This document shows positions 1-8,666 of a stretch of 32,000 bases of DNA, piece by piece. A model generated the notes under the pieces. It was not told where the DNA came from, did no database searches, and saw nothing but the letters and a program-made list of their open reading frames with translations. Location of the stretch: positions 4,493 to 36,492 of the forward strand of contig CAZIPU010000001.1 of the NCBI GenBank assembly GCA_964541005.1, given 5' to 3'. The first letter of the stretch is position 1. Each line of letters begins with the position of its first letter. Source of the stretch: an uncultured Syntrophales bacterium (lineage in GTDB: Bacteria > Desulfobacterota > Syntrophia > Syntrophales > JAAYKM01). A program made the position numbers and the translations under genes.

Positions 1-925
1 CGTCTTTCAGCATCCGCAGTAGGGGAGCGTCGGTATAACCGACCCGGACGGCGCAGTTGAAATGCATCCCGAGGGGATGCCGGGCCAGTTTCTCGCAGAG
101 TTCGACGATGCGCTTCCGATCCTGCGTGAACAGGTCGTCATAGATGTTGACGTGGCGAATCCCGAACCGCGTCCGTAAATGATGCAGGTGTTCATAGATA
201 TATTCGGCGGAGTTGTAGCGGAACCCCTTCTTGAAGACGGACCGGTCGCAATAGGAACACTGGTACATGCAGCCCCGTGAGGTGATCATCGTCGCCCCCG
301 GCGTGTTGACGTAGCTGAACAGGGGAAGGTGGTAGTGCCGCGGGAAACCCTTCAACCGGTCGTAGGCGGGAAAGGGAAGCGTGTCCAGGTCGGCGATATG
401 GGGACGGGGCAAATTGGCGACGGTCTGAGAGCCGTCGCGCCGTATCAGGCCGGCAATGGTTTCCGGCGGCATCCCCCCGGCCAGTTCCGACAGGGTGATT
501 TCCCCTTCTCCCGCACACAGGAAGTCGAACGCCGGGTACCGGTCCAGGAGCACCGCCCCCATGGCGGACACATGCACACCGCCGCAGACCGTCCGGATGC
601 CCGGATTGACGTCCTTTATTTTTTGGGCCATGTCCGCCGCATCGGGAAACGAGGAGGTCGTGGCCGAAAAACCGACGATCTGAGGCTTCAATTGAAGGAT
701 CGATTTGACCTGCTCGTCGAGATTGAAGGGAACGCCCGGGCCGAGTCCGTCGTAGACAAAAACGTCATGGCCCTGCTGCAGCAGGTAAGCGGCAATGGAG
801 AGGATGCCCTGGGGCACCATGCGGTTGGCGATATCCGTCACGTCCCGGGAACCGGGAAACCAGTTGAACCCCCGGGGTTGAACCAGGACGATACGCTTTC
901 TGTCGTTGGGTGAAACCTTTCCCAT
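1..925 (-). CDS. B12-binding domain radical SAM protein (3' end truncated by window edge)
   Basis: Manual minus-strand translation from the ATG at 925: MGKVSPNDRKRIVLVQPRGFNWFPGSRDVTDIANRMVPQGILSIAAYLLQQGHDVFVYDG...GFSATTSSFPDAADMAQKIKDVNPGIRTVCGGVHVSAMGAVLLDRYPAFDFLCAGEGEITLSELAG..., then TSRGCMYQCSYCDRSVFKKGF (CxxxCxxC). Open to the window edge; not in the supplied ORF track. Confidence 0.88.
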   Translation of the reverse strand, partial: MGKVSPNDRKRIVLVQPRGFNWFPGSRDVTDIANRMVPQGILSIAAYLLQQGHDVFVYDGLGPGVPFNLDEQVKSILQLKPQIVGFSATTSSFPDAADMAQKIKDVNPGIRTVCGGVHVSAMGAVLLDRYPAFDFLCAGEGEITLSELAGGMPPETIAGLIRRDGSQTVANLPRPHIADLDTLPFPAYDRLKGFPRHYHLPLFSYVNTPGATMITSRGCMYQCSYCDRSVFKKGFRYNSAEYIYEHLHHLRTRFGIRHVNIYDDLFTQDRKRIVELCEKLARHPLGMHFNCAVRVGYTDAPLLRMLKD

Positions 926-990
926 TCGTTCAATCCTGTGTGCCGGGATCTTTTTTCATCAGGTGTTGCCGGAACCCAAAAGCCGCGCAG

Positions 991-1019
991 AGTATAGAAA
1001 AAGGGCATTCCGGTGTCAA
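991..1019 (-). promoter_or_regulatory. Sigma70-type promoter for the minus-strand radical SAM gene
   Basis: Minus strand reads TTGACA-CCGGAATGCCCTTTTTC(17)-TATACT, about 65 nt upstream of the ATG at 925. Confidence 0.6.
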
Positions 1020-1158
1020 TGCCATTCTGGAATCGGGATTGAGGAAGACAGCGTGACGGATTCCCGTCAACAGGCGTGATGAAAAGCGGCGTTTTTCCGG
1101 AAATGATGCCTAATTCCAAGAAATCATCGGCACATCGGCGAGACGGCAACGCAGCAGA

Positions 1159-2466
1159 TCACAATTCCAGCCATTGCCTTACCTCGGCAGGCGTCGCCAA
1201 TTCCCGTCCGCAGGAGGCGGCATGCCTGGCAGCCATTCGGATCCAATCGGCATTACTGGCTTGGACCTGTTTGCCGGGATCAAGGTAAAGGCTGTCTTCA
1301 AGTCCGGTTCGAATGCCGCCCCCCATTTGTGCGGCGAGCAATTGTATTCTGGCATGAAAGCTGCCGATACCCGATGCGGCCCAGGTCGAAAACGGAGGTA
1401 ACTGGGAAACCAGGTAATTGAGGTGATTCGGCAAGGCATTCAAGGTCCCCAGAGATCCCAGAATCAGGTTGAAATAGCACGGCTGTCGGAGATAACCTTT
1501 CGTTATCAGATATTTTGCATAATCGACCATACCGGCTTCAAACACCTCCAATTCCGGTTTGATACCCCTGTCCATCATGCGAGCAGCCAGTTCCCGGATG
1601 ATCCGAGGCGGATTGATGCCGGCCTGCGTGTGGAAATTCATGGATCCCAGGGTCAGGGAAGCCATGTCGGGTTTCAATTCATCCGGCAGATCCAAGACGG
1701 CCGCCCTTTGCTCCAGATCCTGCCAGTCGCGCCCGCTGGTTGTAACACATAGAATGAGTTCGGAATCTTCGTTGCGGATACGGTGGATGATATCGGCGTA
1801 TACCGACGGATCCGGCGTCGGTTTTTCATCGAGATCCCGTGCGTGCAGGTGAATGATGGCGGCGCCGAGACGACCCGCTTCGATTGCTGCTGCGGCAATT
1901 TCAGCAGGCGTGGCGGGAAGATGTGAATTGTCTTTCTTTCTGGGTACCATACCCGTCAACGCGGCATTGATCAATAATTTATCCCGCATGGGACAAGGAA
2001 CCTCAATTCCCGTCAGATCTGCCTCCAGGGTCGTCCATTCCCGGATGTCTTCCCTGCCGAAGGGGGAAATTTTAGGAAGCTTTCCTATTTCCCTGTATCC
2101 GAAATGACGCTTGTACCAATGGATGCTTTCCGGTCTGTCCGCATTGGTGATCAGAGTTGTACACCCAAGGCTGCGCAGAATCTGCATACGCCGGGCCTGC
2201 AGTTGTCGTCCCAGCCCCGTCCGGGTGCAGTCGGGACGTACAGCCAGGAGAGTTGTTTTACCGGTCTCCGGTGAGAGGAACGTATAGCCGGCTGTGCCCA
2301 GCAAAAGGCCATCTTGTTCGGCAACGATGAAGCATTTGTCATCCAGGGGCCCCATTTCCGGCGAGGGAATGTGATGCATATTGTAGGGGCGCATCAGGTC
2401 GATGATGCCGGGAATATCCTCCGGACGGGCAAAACGTATTCTGCAACACTCATGGACTGCCTTCAT
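1159..2466 (-). CDS. Fusion protein: N-terminal GNAT acetyltransferase + C-terminal BKACE (beta-keto acid cleavage enzyme, DUF849/Kce-like)
   Basis: ORF 1159..2529, likely start MKAVHECC at 2466. GNAT part: IRFARPEDIPGI...TLLAVRPDCTRTGLGRQLQARRMQILRSLG...NADRPESIHWYKRHFGYREIG. BKACE part: LLINAALTGMVPRK...AAIIHLHARD...ILCVTTSGRD...ASLTLGSMNF...GGGIRTGLEDSLYLDPGKQVQASN. Confidence 0.82.
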   Translation of the reverse strand: MKAVHECCRIRFARPEDIPGIIDLMRPYNMHHIPSPEMGPLDDKCFIVAEQDGLLLGTAGYTFLSPETGKTTLLAVRPDCTRTGLGRQLQARRMQILRSLGCTTLITNADRPESIHWYKRHFGYREIGKLPKISPFGREDIREWTTLEADLTGIEVPCPMRDKLLINAALTGMVPRKKDNSHLPATPAEIAAAAIEAGRLGAAIIHLHARDLDEKPTPDPSVYADIIHRIRNEDSELILCVTTSGRDWQDLEQRAAVLDLPDELKPDMASLTLGSMNFHTQAGINPPRIIRELAARMMDRGIKPELEVFEAGMVDYAKYLITKGYLRQPCYFNLILGSLGTLNALPNHLNYLVSQLPPFSTWAASGIGSFHARIQLLAAQMGGGIRTGLEDSLYLDPGKQVQASNADWIRMAARHAASCGRELATPAEVRQWLEL

Positions 2467-2636
2467 GAATTTGCCTCTGCACCATGTAAAGTTGTGATTA
2501 TGGCTATTTTTTTTCAAAAAGTTTGTCAAGGAATTTCATTCCTCATTTGGTTGAATTGTCTTCAAGAGCGTAAGGGATGGGATTGTTTTCGCAGAGCAAG
2601 ACATCAACGGCCAGTTTAACCCCTCCACGTATCCCC

Positions 2637-2665
2637 TTGACAATTTTCCTGTTTTGCTGCAAATT
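2637..2665 (+). promoter_or_regulatory. Possible promoter for the KAS III-ACP unit
   Basis: Perfect -35 TTGACA, 17-nt spacer, weak -10 (CAAATT), upstream of the gene starting near 2754. Confidence 0.3.
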
Positions 2666-2753
2666 CCAACGGCTGCCCGGGAGGATCCATACAGGAAGGT
2701 TCCTATCCGGCTAAAAAGTCAGCGGCACCCTTATGGAGGAAATCCGGCCCTTG

Positions 2754-3740
2754 ATGAATGAACGCACAACGATCGTTTCGTCGACAGGAAGTTACCTGCC
2801 GGAAAAGCGGGTCGGCAACGACGATTTGACACAGTTTCCCCGGGAGGCGATCCCTCTGATCGCGGAGAAAACGGGGGTGCATTACCGGCGGGTGGCGTCC
2901 GACGACGAGTGCACGTCCGACCTGGCGATCCGTGCGGCAAAAAAGTGCCTCGAAAAAGGGGGCATCGATCCCATGCAGGTCGAGGGGATTATCCTGGCAA
3001 CCTCTTCCCCCGACCGCATGCAACCGGCAACGGCAACCCGGGTGCAGGATCTTCTCGGGGCCAGGCAGGCTTTCGCCCTGGACATCAATTCGGTCTGTTC
3101 CGGAAGCACCTTCGGCATCGCCCTGGCGGATGGCCTCATCCGGTCGGGCCAGGCCGACCGGATCCTGCTGATCGCATCGGAGGTTTATTCGAGAATTCTG
3201 AATCCGAAGGATTACACAACCTTCCCCTTTTTCGGAGACGGCGCGGGAGCGGTCCTGCTTCGTGCCGGTATCAGAGAGGAAGGAGGAATTCTCCGTTCCT
3301 GCCTGCGGAGCGACGGCGGCGGAAGCGAGATGATCTGTGTTCCCGCCGGAGGGACGCAACTGCCCTTCGGCCGGATGACCCATCCCCGATCGGCGTTCTT
3401 CCGCATGAGGGGTGCCGATGTGTTTTCCTTTGCCGTCGAGAAGGTCCCGGAGATCATCCGGCAACTTCTGGCAGAGGCCGGGGTTTCCATCTCCGCGATC
3501 CGCTGCTTTGTCTGCCACCAGGCCAACGCAAATATCATCTATAAGGTTGCTGAGATACTTGATGTCCCGGTCGAGCGGTTTTTCATGAACCTGTCCGATT
3601 ACGGGAACACGGCCGGGGCCTCCGTGCTGATTGCCCTGGACGAAGCTCTGACGGAAGGAATGATCCGGCAGGGCGACCTGGTGGTGACGGTTGCCTTCGG
3701 GGGGGGGCTTTCCTGGGGGGCAAACCTGATTCAAATATAA
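2754..3740 (+). CDS. 3-oxoacyl-ACP synthase III (FabH/KAS III family)
   Basis: ORF 2733..3740. Start MNERTTIV at 2754 preferred because GGAGGAA at 2735-2741 fits as its RBS. Cys motif DINSVCSGSTFGIALADG; CHQANANIIYKVAEIL (His); LSDYGNTAGASVLIALDEAL (Asn). Confidence 0.88.
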   Translation: MNERTTIVSSTGSYLPEKRVGNDDLTQFPREAIPLIAEKTGVHYRRVASDDECTSDLAIRAAKKCLEKGGIDPMQVEGIILATSSPDRMQPATATRVQDLLGARQAFALDINSVCSGSTFGIALADGLIRSGQADRILLIASEVYSRILNPKDYTTFPFFGDGAGAVLLRAGIREEGGILRSCLRSDGGGSEMICVPAGGTQLPFGRMTHPRSAFFRMRGADVFSFAVEKVPEIIRQLLAEAGVSISAIRCFVCHQANANIIYKVAEILDVPVERFFMNLSDYGNTAGASVLIALDEALTEGMIRQGDLVVTVAFGGGLSWGANLIQI

Positions 3741-3754
3741 AATGAGGACGAGAT

Positions 3755-4033
3755 ATGACGGACCTTTGGAATCAACTGAAAGCGGTTCTTCTGGAAGAAT
3801 TCCTGGAGATTGCCGACGGAACGGCGGTAACCGAAAAAACGAAACTGGCCGAAATTCCCAACTGGGACTCCATGGCGGCGGTGAACCTGCAAATTCTGAT
3901 CAACGAGATCTTCCAGGTCGAACTGCCCCTGGACCTCCTGCAGGATGAAGCCACCTTCGAGGAATTGATCGGATTCATCCGGGAGCCGGAAACCATTGCC
4001 GACGCCATGCGGCGCTTCCATGAAAGAAGTTGA
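3755..4033 (+). CDS. Acyl carrier protein
   Basis: 92 aa with IPNWDSMAAVNLQILINEIFQVELPLDLLQDEATFEELIGFI; Ser in the DSM phosphopantetheine site; 14 bp after the KAS III gene. Confidence 0.85.
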   Translation: MTDLWNQLKAVLLEEFLEIADGTAVTEKTKLAEIPNWDSMAAVNLQILINEIFQVELPLDLLQDEATFEELIGFIREPETIADAMRRFHERS

Positions 4034-4101
4034 AGGATTCGGGAGAAGTCATCCGGCTTGTCCATGCCCCGCCGGGTTTCAAGGTTTTCAACAGGAGGAA
4101 G

Positions 4102-4157
4102 GGGGAGGCTTTTGGCCTCCCCGCGGTTAGAGAGGAAGGTAGGTTGTTTAACCTGCC
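4102..4157 (+). terminator. Tandem hairpins after the KAS III-ACP unit (possible terminator, no U-tract after the first)
   Basis: GGGGAGGC-ttttg-GCCTCCCC (4102-4122, perfect 8-bp stem) and GGTAGGTT-gttt-AACCTGCC (4138-4157, one wobble), followed by ACTAAAAAATATT. Confidence 0.35.
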
Positions 4158-4398
4158 ACTAAAAAATATTCTATCGGCTCAACATGCCCCTGTTTATTGC
4201 CGAATTATCATCTTCTTGCCCTTATCTAATGCATGTTGAATGCCAATTGCCATGAAACAACACAACATGATGATATAACTATATTTTAATCAAATAAACC
4301 TTTTTTGAAAAGATCAAAAAATGTCGACCGGTCGCGGCAGGAACAGACAATAATCCATTCATAACAATCTGTTACAAACCGAGGTCATTGAGGCGAGA

Positions 4399-4416
4399 TT
4401 CGACAATTTTGTCGAA
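4399..4416. repeat. Perfect 8-bp inverted repeat, possible operator
   Basis: TTCGACAA-tt-TTGTCGAA in the long intergenic region upstream of the GT2-led operon. Confidence 0.35.
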
Positions 4417-4631
4417 AAGCGCCTGTCCTTTTTGATTCTTTTTGGGGAAAGATTGAAAGCGCCACGGATTTCGCAAAACCCCGATGTTCTTCCCTTCCCG
4501 GAACCGGAAAATTGCGGAAAGCAGCCGGTCCCTGGCGGAGAATGGGAAAGAGAATCCTGTTATGGTTTCATAATATACGGGAATTACTTGATTTCTTCTT
4601 TCACGGAACGTGATTTTCGGCCTAAAGTATA

Positions 4632-4660
4632 TTGACATCCGCAGCGGCTTTTCCTATACT
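4632..4660 (+). promoter_or_regulatory. Sigma70-type promoter for the main biosynthetic operon
   Basis: TTGACA-TCCGCAGCGGCTTTTCC(17)-TATACT, about 170 bp upstream of the glycosyltransferase start. Confidence 0.65.
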
Positions 4661-4830
4661 GCCGCTCCCTGTCGGGGAAAGCCACCATCTTCATGTCCAG
4701 GCGCGTCGGGTGTGTGCCAGGCCAAGGCTGGAGGGAGAAAAACAGCCGGCCGGTATGGGGTATGGCTGCCCTTAACCCGAAAGGTCGTAATGCATCACAT
4801 AAAGCAGACGGGGGGAGATGAACAGTCGTC

Positions 4831-5550
4831 ATGGAATACAACCGAGCGGCCGTGGTGATTCCGGTCTACAATCATGAAGAAAAAGTGGCTGAGGTCATTA
4901 GGCAGGCGATGTGCCTCCTTCTGCCCATTTACGTGGTCGACGACGGATCCACCGACGGCACTTACGAACGGATCAAGGGCATCCCGGAAATCACCGTCCT
5001 GCGCCATGAGAAAAACCTGGGAAAGGGCGCTGCACTGATGACGGGATTCGCCGCGGCGGCTCCCACGGCGGAATGGGCCATCACCATCGATGCCGACGGC
5101 CAGCATAATCCGGAAGACAGTTGGAACCTGTTCCAAGCGGTTGAGAAGGGGACACGGCCCATCGTGATCGGCTGCCGGCAGGGTATGGATCATCGGCATG
5201 TTCCGTTTGCAAGCCGTTTCGGGCGGGGATTCTCCAATTTCTGGGTGCGGATGTCCGGCGGACCCGTTCTCACGGACAGCCAAAGCGGTTTCCGTCTCTA
5301 TCCCCTGCCCGAGATACTGTACATGCCCGTCGAGTCTCAGCGTTTTCAGTTCGAGGTGGAAATCCTGGCCCGGGCCGGATGGAAGGGCATGCCGGTTCTG
5401 GAGGCCCCGGTCGGCGTTACTTATGCGCCCAAGCAGGAAAGGGTCTCCCATTACCGGGGTTTTGTCGATTTCTTCCGAAATGCCGCCACTTTCAGCCGTC
5501 TGATCATTCTGAGACGGTTTATCCTGCCTTTCACCCGGTTCAGAAATTGA
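4831..5550 (+). CDS. Family 2 glycosyltransferase (dolichyl-phosphate-mannose synthase-like)
   Basis: AAVVIPVYNHEEKVAEVI...YVVDDGSTDGTYERI...NLGKGAALMTGF...ITIDADGQHNPED...SQSGFRLYPLPEIL. Confidence 0.9.
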   Translation: MEYNRAAVVIPVYNHEEKVAEVIRQAMCLLLPIYVVDDGSTDGTYERIKGIPEITVLRHEKNLGKGAALMTGFAAAAPTAEWAITIDADGQHNPEDSWNLFQAVEKGTRPIVIGCRQGMDHRHVPFASRFGRGFSNFWVRMSGGPVLTDSQSGFRLYPLPEILYMPVESQRFQFEVEILARAGWKGMPVLEAPVGVTYAPKQERVSHYRGFVDFFRNAATFSRLIILRRFILPFTRFRN

Positions 5551-8500
5551 TGAGAGCGCATCCGTATCTTTCCCGGTGGATTCTGGCCGGCGTCATCCTC
5601 ATGATCGTCGCGGGGCTTTTTGCCGCCGGTGTTCATCGCCTCAGATTCGACACCGATGTCCTCAATGCCCTTCCCCAGGATGACCCGGTTCTGGTCGACG
5701 GCCGCTATGTTTTTCTCCATCACCCCATTCAGGACCGCATCGTGGTCGATGTCGGCCAGGCCGGAGGGGATGTGGAACGGCTGGTCGGAGCAGCCGGACT
5801 GATCGAACGGCGCATGCGGGAAAGCGGCCTCTTCCGGAAAGTCGGTCTTGAATCCATGGGCCGCCTTTTCCCGGAACTTCTGCGCCACACGGTGGATCAT
5901 CTTCCCGCTCTTTTCGATTCGGACGAGTTGGAAAGGCTGATTGCGCCCTTGCTGGCTCCGGAAAGGGTCAGGCAGGCCCTTGAGGGCCACATTCAATCCT
6001 TCGGCAATCTGGAAGGAATCGGTCAGGCATCCCTCATCGCCGGCGACCCCCTGGGTTTCCGAAATCTTATCCTGGCCCGTCTGTCCAATCTCGCCCCCGC
6101 GAAAGGGGCAACGATCCATAAAGGTCGGCTCCTCTCTGCGGACAGGAAACATCTTCTCATCCTGGCCGAACCCGTCAGTTCCGGAATGGATACCCGTTTT
6201 GCCCTTAAAATCACGACCTTCATGGAAAAAATCGCCCGGGAAGTCAACGCCGTTTACGGTCCGGAAAGCGGTCTTGTCCTGACGCCCGTCGGAGCATACC
6301 GGGCCGCCCTCGACAACGAAACGAATGCCAAGAAAAACGTCCACCGGGCGGTGACTTTTTCCACCGTGGCCATTGCGTTGCTGCTGCTGGTCTGTTTTCC
6401 CCGGCCCCTGATCGGTCTGCTGGCCCTTCTGCCGGCCTTTGCGGGTACGATGACGGCATTTTTCGTCTATTCCCTTTTCCATGCCACCATTTCCCTCATG
6501 GCGGTCGGCTTCGGCGGGGCGATCATCTCCTTTACCGTCGATTACGGCCTGACCTATCTGCTTTTTCTCGACCGTCCTTATGAGACGCGGGGCATGGACG
6601 CCACGAAAGAAGTCTGGAACCTGGGCCTTCTGGCCATGATGACCACGGCCGTCAGTTTCGCCTTCCTGACCTTTTCAGGATTTCCCGCCCTGGTGGAAAT
6701 CGGCCAGTTTGCCGCCCTGGGGGTGCTGTTTACGTATATCTTCGTCCATCTCGTTTTCCCCCTGGTCTTTCCCGTGATACCGCCGGCAAAAAGGCCGCCT
6801 CTGCTCCCGCTTCAGGCTTTCGTCACCCGCCTGGCCTCTTCCGGATCAATGTGGAAAGTCTATGCGGCCGCCGCTCTGGGGCTGTTCATGCTCTTTTTCG
6901 CCCGCCCGGAGTTTCATATCAACCCGGCGGCGATGAATACCGTAACGCCGGAAACGATGCAGGCGGAACAGCTTGTCCGGAATGTCTGGGGCGATATTTT
7001 CAGCAAGGTCTACCTCCTGGTGGAGGGCGAAAATTCCCGGGATCTGCAGCGGAAATGCGATCGTCTGTCCGTGATGCTGGATCGGGAAGTGAAGGCACGG
7101 CGCCTGTCCCAGGTCTTTGTCCCTTCGATGATTTTCCCCGGGGAGGACCGGGCCCGGACAAATCTTGCCGCCTGGGAACAATTCTGGACCCCTCAGCGGC
7201 GGGACGAATTGAAAAGGACCATCGGGACGGCCGCAGCGCCCCTCGGGTTTTCAACCGCGGCCTTCGATCCATTCTGGAAAAGGCTCGGGGAAAAGCATCC
7301 TGCGGACATCGAGATGCCGGAGCGGTTCTCCGACCTGCTGGGTATCTCTACCAACCGGGATCGCTCCCGCCGGTTCTTCGTCGCCACCCTTACCCCCGGC
7401 CCCGCCTACAATGGAGAGGCTTTTTTCCGGAGTTTTTCCGGGATTGCGGGAACACGGGTGTTTGATCCCGATCTCTTCGGCAAAAGGCTCGGTTCGGTCC
7501 TCATGTCGGCCTTCATCCGCATGGCGGCGATTGTAGGGATTGTCTCCATTTTTGTCGCGTTCATTGTTTTTCTCGACTGGAAGCTGACCCTGATCGGCCT
7601 GCTGCCGACCCTGTTCGCCATGATCTGTACCCTGGGGACCCTGAATCTCATGGGAGAACCCCTGGGAATTCCCGTTGTCATGGTTTCCGTCGTCGTCATC
7701 GGGATGGGAACGGACTACGCCCTGTACATCGCCCGCTCCTTCCAGCGGTATTTCCGGGACGACCATCCCTCCATGGGCCTTGTCCGCACGTCCGTGTTCC
7801 TTTCCTTTGCCACGACTTCTCTCGGATTCGGCGTCCTGGCCCTGTCGGATAACGCCCTGCTGAAAAACGCGGGTCTCGGTCTCGCCCTGGGAATCGGTTA
7901 TTCCTTCCTGGGGGCCGTGATGATTGCACCGCCGCTTCTAAAACGGGTTTTCGTTCCCGTCACCTTACCCGAAGAGAAAGTAGTCCCGGGATCGGAAAGG
8001 CACTTTGCACGGGTTCTTGACCGTTACCGCCATATGGAGGCCTATCCCCGGCTTTTCGCACGTTTCAAAATCCTCATCGATCCCATGTTTCCTCGCCTGG
8101 CGGATTTCCTGCAGTCGCCGAAAACGATCATCGATATCGGAACGGGCTTCGGTATTCCCGCAACATGGCTGCTGGAATTGCACCCTCAAGCCAGGCTCTA
8201 CGGAATCGAACCGAACCGGAAGCGGGTTGAAGTGGCCTCCAGGGTGATCGGGACGCGCGGCGATGTGCAGGTGGGATGCGCCCCTGACATACCCGCAATC
8301 CCGGGACAGGCCGACACGGCGCTCCTGATCGATATGACTCATATGATTGCGGACGACGAATTGCGACTTACCCTGAAGCGGATCCGCGAGAAACTGACAT
8401 CCGACGGGACGGTCATCATCCGGGCAACGGTTCACAGGGAGCACACCTCCCCCTGGAAACGGCGGATCGAAGCAATGAAAAACAGGGCGATGAAATGCCT

Positions 8501-8642
8501 GTCCCGCTTTCGGACGGAAAAAGAGATCTGTGGCATGCTGTCGGTATCCGGTTTTGACGTGATTCAAACGGAGCCGAGCACCCCGGGTCATGAGGAGGTG
8601 TGGTTTGTCGCACGGGTCAGAGAAACAAATAAGGCGGGATAG
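5550..8642 (+). CDS. MMPL/RND-family lipid exporter fused to a C-terminal class I SAM-dependent methyltransferase domain
   Basis: Start MRAHPYLSRW at 5550 overlaps the previous stop (ORF track starts at 5379). Two TM-rich halves with FTVDYGLTYLLFLDRPY and IGMGTDYALYIARSFQRYF. C-terminal Rossmann motif KTIIDIGTGFGIPATWLLELHPQARLYGIEPNRKRVEVASR...ALLIDMTHMIADDELRLTLKRIREKL. Confidence 0.88.
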   Translation: MRAHPYLSRWILAGVILMIVAGLFAAGVHRLRFDTDVLNALPQDDPVLVDGRYVFLHHPIQDRIVVDVGQAGGDVERLVGAAGLIERRMRESGLFRKVGLESMGRLFPELLRHTVDHLPALFDSDELERLIAPLLAPERVRQALEGHIQSFGNLEGIGQASLIAGDPLGFRNLILARLSNLAPAKGATIHKGRLLSADRKHLLILAEPVSSGMDTRFALKITTFMEKIAREVNAVYGPESGLVLTPVGAYRAALDNETNAKKNVHRAVTFSTVAIALLLLVCFPRPLIGLLALLPAFAGTMTAFFVYSLFHATISLMAVGFGGAIISFTVDYGLTYLLFLDRPYETRGMDATKEVWNLGLLAMMTTAVSFAFLTFSGFPALVEIGQFAALGVLFTYIFVHLVFPLVFPVIPPAKRPPLLPLQAFVTRLASSGSMWKVYAAAALGLFMLFFARPEFHINPAAMNTVTPETMQAEQLVRNVWGDIFSKVYLLVEGENSRDLQRKCDRLSVMLDREVKARRLSQVFVPSMIFPGEDRARTNLAAWEQFWTPQRRDELKRTIGTAAAPLGFSTAAFDPFWKRLGEKHPADIEMPERFSDLLGISTNRDRSRRFFVATLTPGPAYNGEAFFRSFSGIAGTRVFDPDLFGKRLGSVLMSAFIRMAAIVGIVSIFVAFIVFLDWKLTLIGLLPTLFAMICTLGTLNLMGEPLGIPVVMVSVVVIGMGTDYALYIARSFQRYFRDDHPSMGLVRTSVFLSFATTSLGFGVLALSDNALLKNAGLGLALGIGYSFLGAVMIAPPLLKRVFVPVTLPEEKVVPGSERHFARVLDRYRHMEAYPRLFARFKILIDPMFPRLADFLQSPKTIIDIGTGFGIPATWLLELHPQARLYGIEPNRKRVEVASRVIGTRGDVQVGCAPDIPAIPGQADTALLIDMTHMIADDELRLTLKRIREKLTSDGTVIIRATVHREHTSPWKRRIEAMKNRAMKCLSRFRTEKEICGMLSVSGFDVIQTEPSTPGHEEVWFVARVRETNKAG

Positions 8643-8666
8643 CCGGAGGCATTACAGGGAGCGGGG

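Noticed and set aside
1076-1288. 70-aa plus-strand ORF
   Set aside because: Overlaps the 3' end of the GNAT-BKACE gene on the other strand; no RBS or family motif.
2501-2529. Promoter for the GNAT-BKACE gene (minus strand)
   Set aside because: A perfect TTGACA exists at 2529-2524, but no acceptable -10 hexamer lies at 16-18 nt spacing.
2703-3734. 343-aa minus-strand ORF
   Set aside because: Antisense shadow of the KAS III gene, low-complexity-like composition and no recognisable domain.
4660-4830. c-di-GMP (GEMM) or cobalamin riboswitch
   Set aside because: Fragments such as GGGGAAAGCCACC looked suggestive, but the conserved cores of these classes could not be lined up; kept only as an unclassified leader.
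4610-4858. 82-aa plus-strand ORF over the promoter/leader
   Set aside because: It contains the near-consensus promoter at 4632-4660 and runs into the GT2 start; composition not protein-like.
5451-6482. 343-aa minus-strand ORF
   Set aside because: Antisense to the clearly coding MMPL exporter.
6851-7465. 204-aa plus-strand ORF in another frame
   Set aside because: Lies wholly inside the MMPL-methyltransferase gene in an alternative frame.
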